Shown: one piece after another, positions 31,724-32,000 of the stretch
Position numbering within the stretch: the stretch's first letter is position 1
Layout: each line of letters begins with the position of its first letter
DNA from: Pseudoalteromonas phenolica
Lineage (GTDB): Bacteria > Pseudomonadota > Gammaproteobacteria > Enterobacterales > Alteromonadaceae
Assembly: GCF_001444405.1 (NCBI RefSeq)
Contig: NZ_CP013187.1
Coordinates: 787,716-819,715, forward strand
Length of the DNA stretch: 32,000 nt
Direction of reading: 5' to 3'
Made by a program: the position numbers and the translations under genes
Notes under the pieces: generated by a model
What the model saw: the letters and a program-made list of their open reading frames with translations, nothing else
Databases searched by the model: none
Told to the model about the DNA's origin: nothing

Positions 31724-32000
31724 TGGATTTAAGTTATTTTCAAAAGCTATCACAAGCTAAAATTCTGGTCGTTGGTGATGTAATGCTCGATAGATACTGG
31801 CATGGTGACACTGGCCGCATTTCACCAGAAGCACCAGTGCCTGTTGTTAAAGTCAGCAAGCTTGAAGATAAGGCCGGTGGTGCAGCCAACGTAGCCAAGA
31901 ATATTGCTTATTTAGATGGTCAAGTTAGCCTATTAGGGATTATTGGTAATGATGATAACGGCAGCTCACTACAAGCGTTATTGAAAAGCGAGAAAATTAA
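31723..32000 (+). CDS. hldE: Bifunctional D-beta-D-heptose 7-phosphate kinase / heptose 1-phosphate adenylyltransferase HldE (N-terminal 92 codons only, since the gene runs off the right edge)
   Basis: Absent from the ORF track because it has no stop in the window. The ATG at 31723 overlaps the gmhA stop (TAATG). The translation [62 protein letters not shown] matches the E. coli HldE N-terminus ([15 protein letters not shown]...[13 protein letters not shown]...PGGAANVA.NIA). Confidence 0.88.
   Translation, partial: MDLSYFQKLSQAKILVVGDVMLDRYWHGDTGRISPEAPVPVVKVSKLEDKAGGAANVAKNIAYLDGQVSLLGIIGNDDNGSSLQALLKSEKI

Overview
The window looks like an ordinary chromosomal segment of an AT-rich marine gammaproteobacterium. 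Several proteins are near-colinear with what I recall of Vibrio vSGLT and E. coli RimK, MscS, GalR, YgjK and WaaA. I recognise no rRNA, tRNA, CRISPR array, transposase, integrase or phage genes. Left to right the window holds: a 3'-truncated M16 (pitrilysin-like) lipoprotein protease that is missing from the ORF track; a periplasmic diheme cytochrome c fused to a rhodanese domain; mscS; a small Cys-rich lipoprotein; a glyoxalase-I-like VOC protein; a decayed DUF1501 gene remnant; a beta-lactamase-fold serine hydrolase; an EamA/DMT transporter; a polytopic membrane-anchored AraC regulator divergent from another membrane protein; a LysR regulator divergent from a three-gene rimK operon (RimK, an AstE/AspA M14-like zinc hydrolase, and a DUF1704 HExxxH/QEGxA protein); an SDR; a divergent galactose regulon (galR-lacZ(secreted)-ygjK on the minus strand, galT-galK-sglT-[terminator]-galM on the plus strand, with operator palindromes between them); and the start of an LPS/capsule region (DUF1415-waaA on the minus strand, wzi-like-gmhA-hldE on the plus strand, hldE truncated at the right edge). 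The best candidate for an under-described system is the rimK trio. It pairs an ATP-grasp C-terminal glutamate ligase with two unrelated putative metallocarboxypeptidases, which parallels the eukaryotic TTLL/CCP/MATCAP tubulin-tail machinery. The second candidate is the cytochrome c-rhodanese fusion. All family assignments rest on motifs and recalled homologs read by eye. No database search was run.
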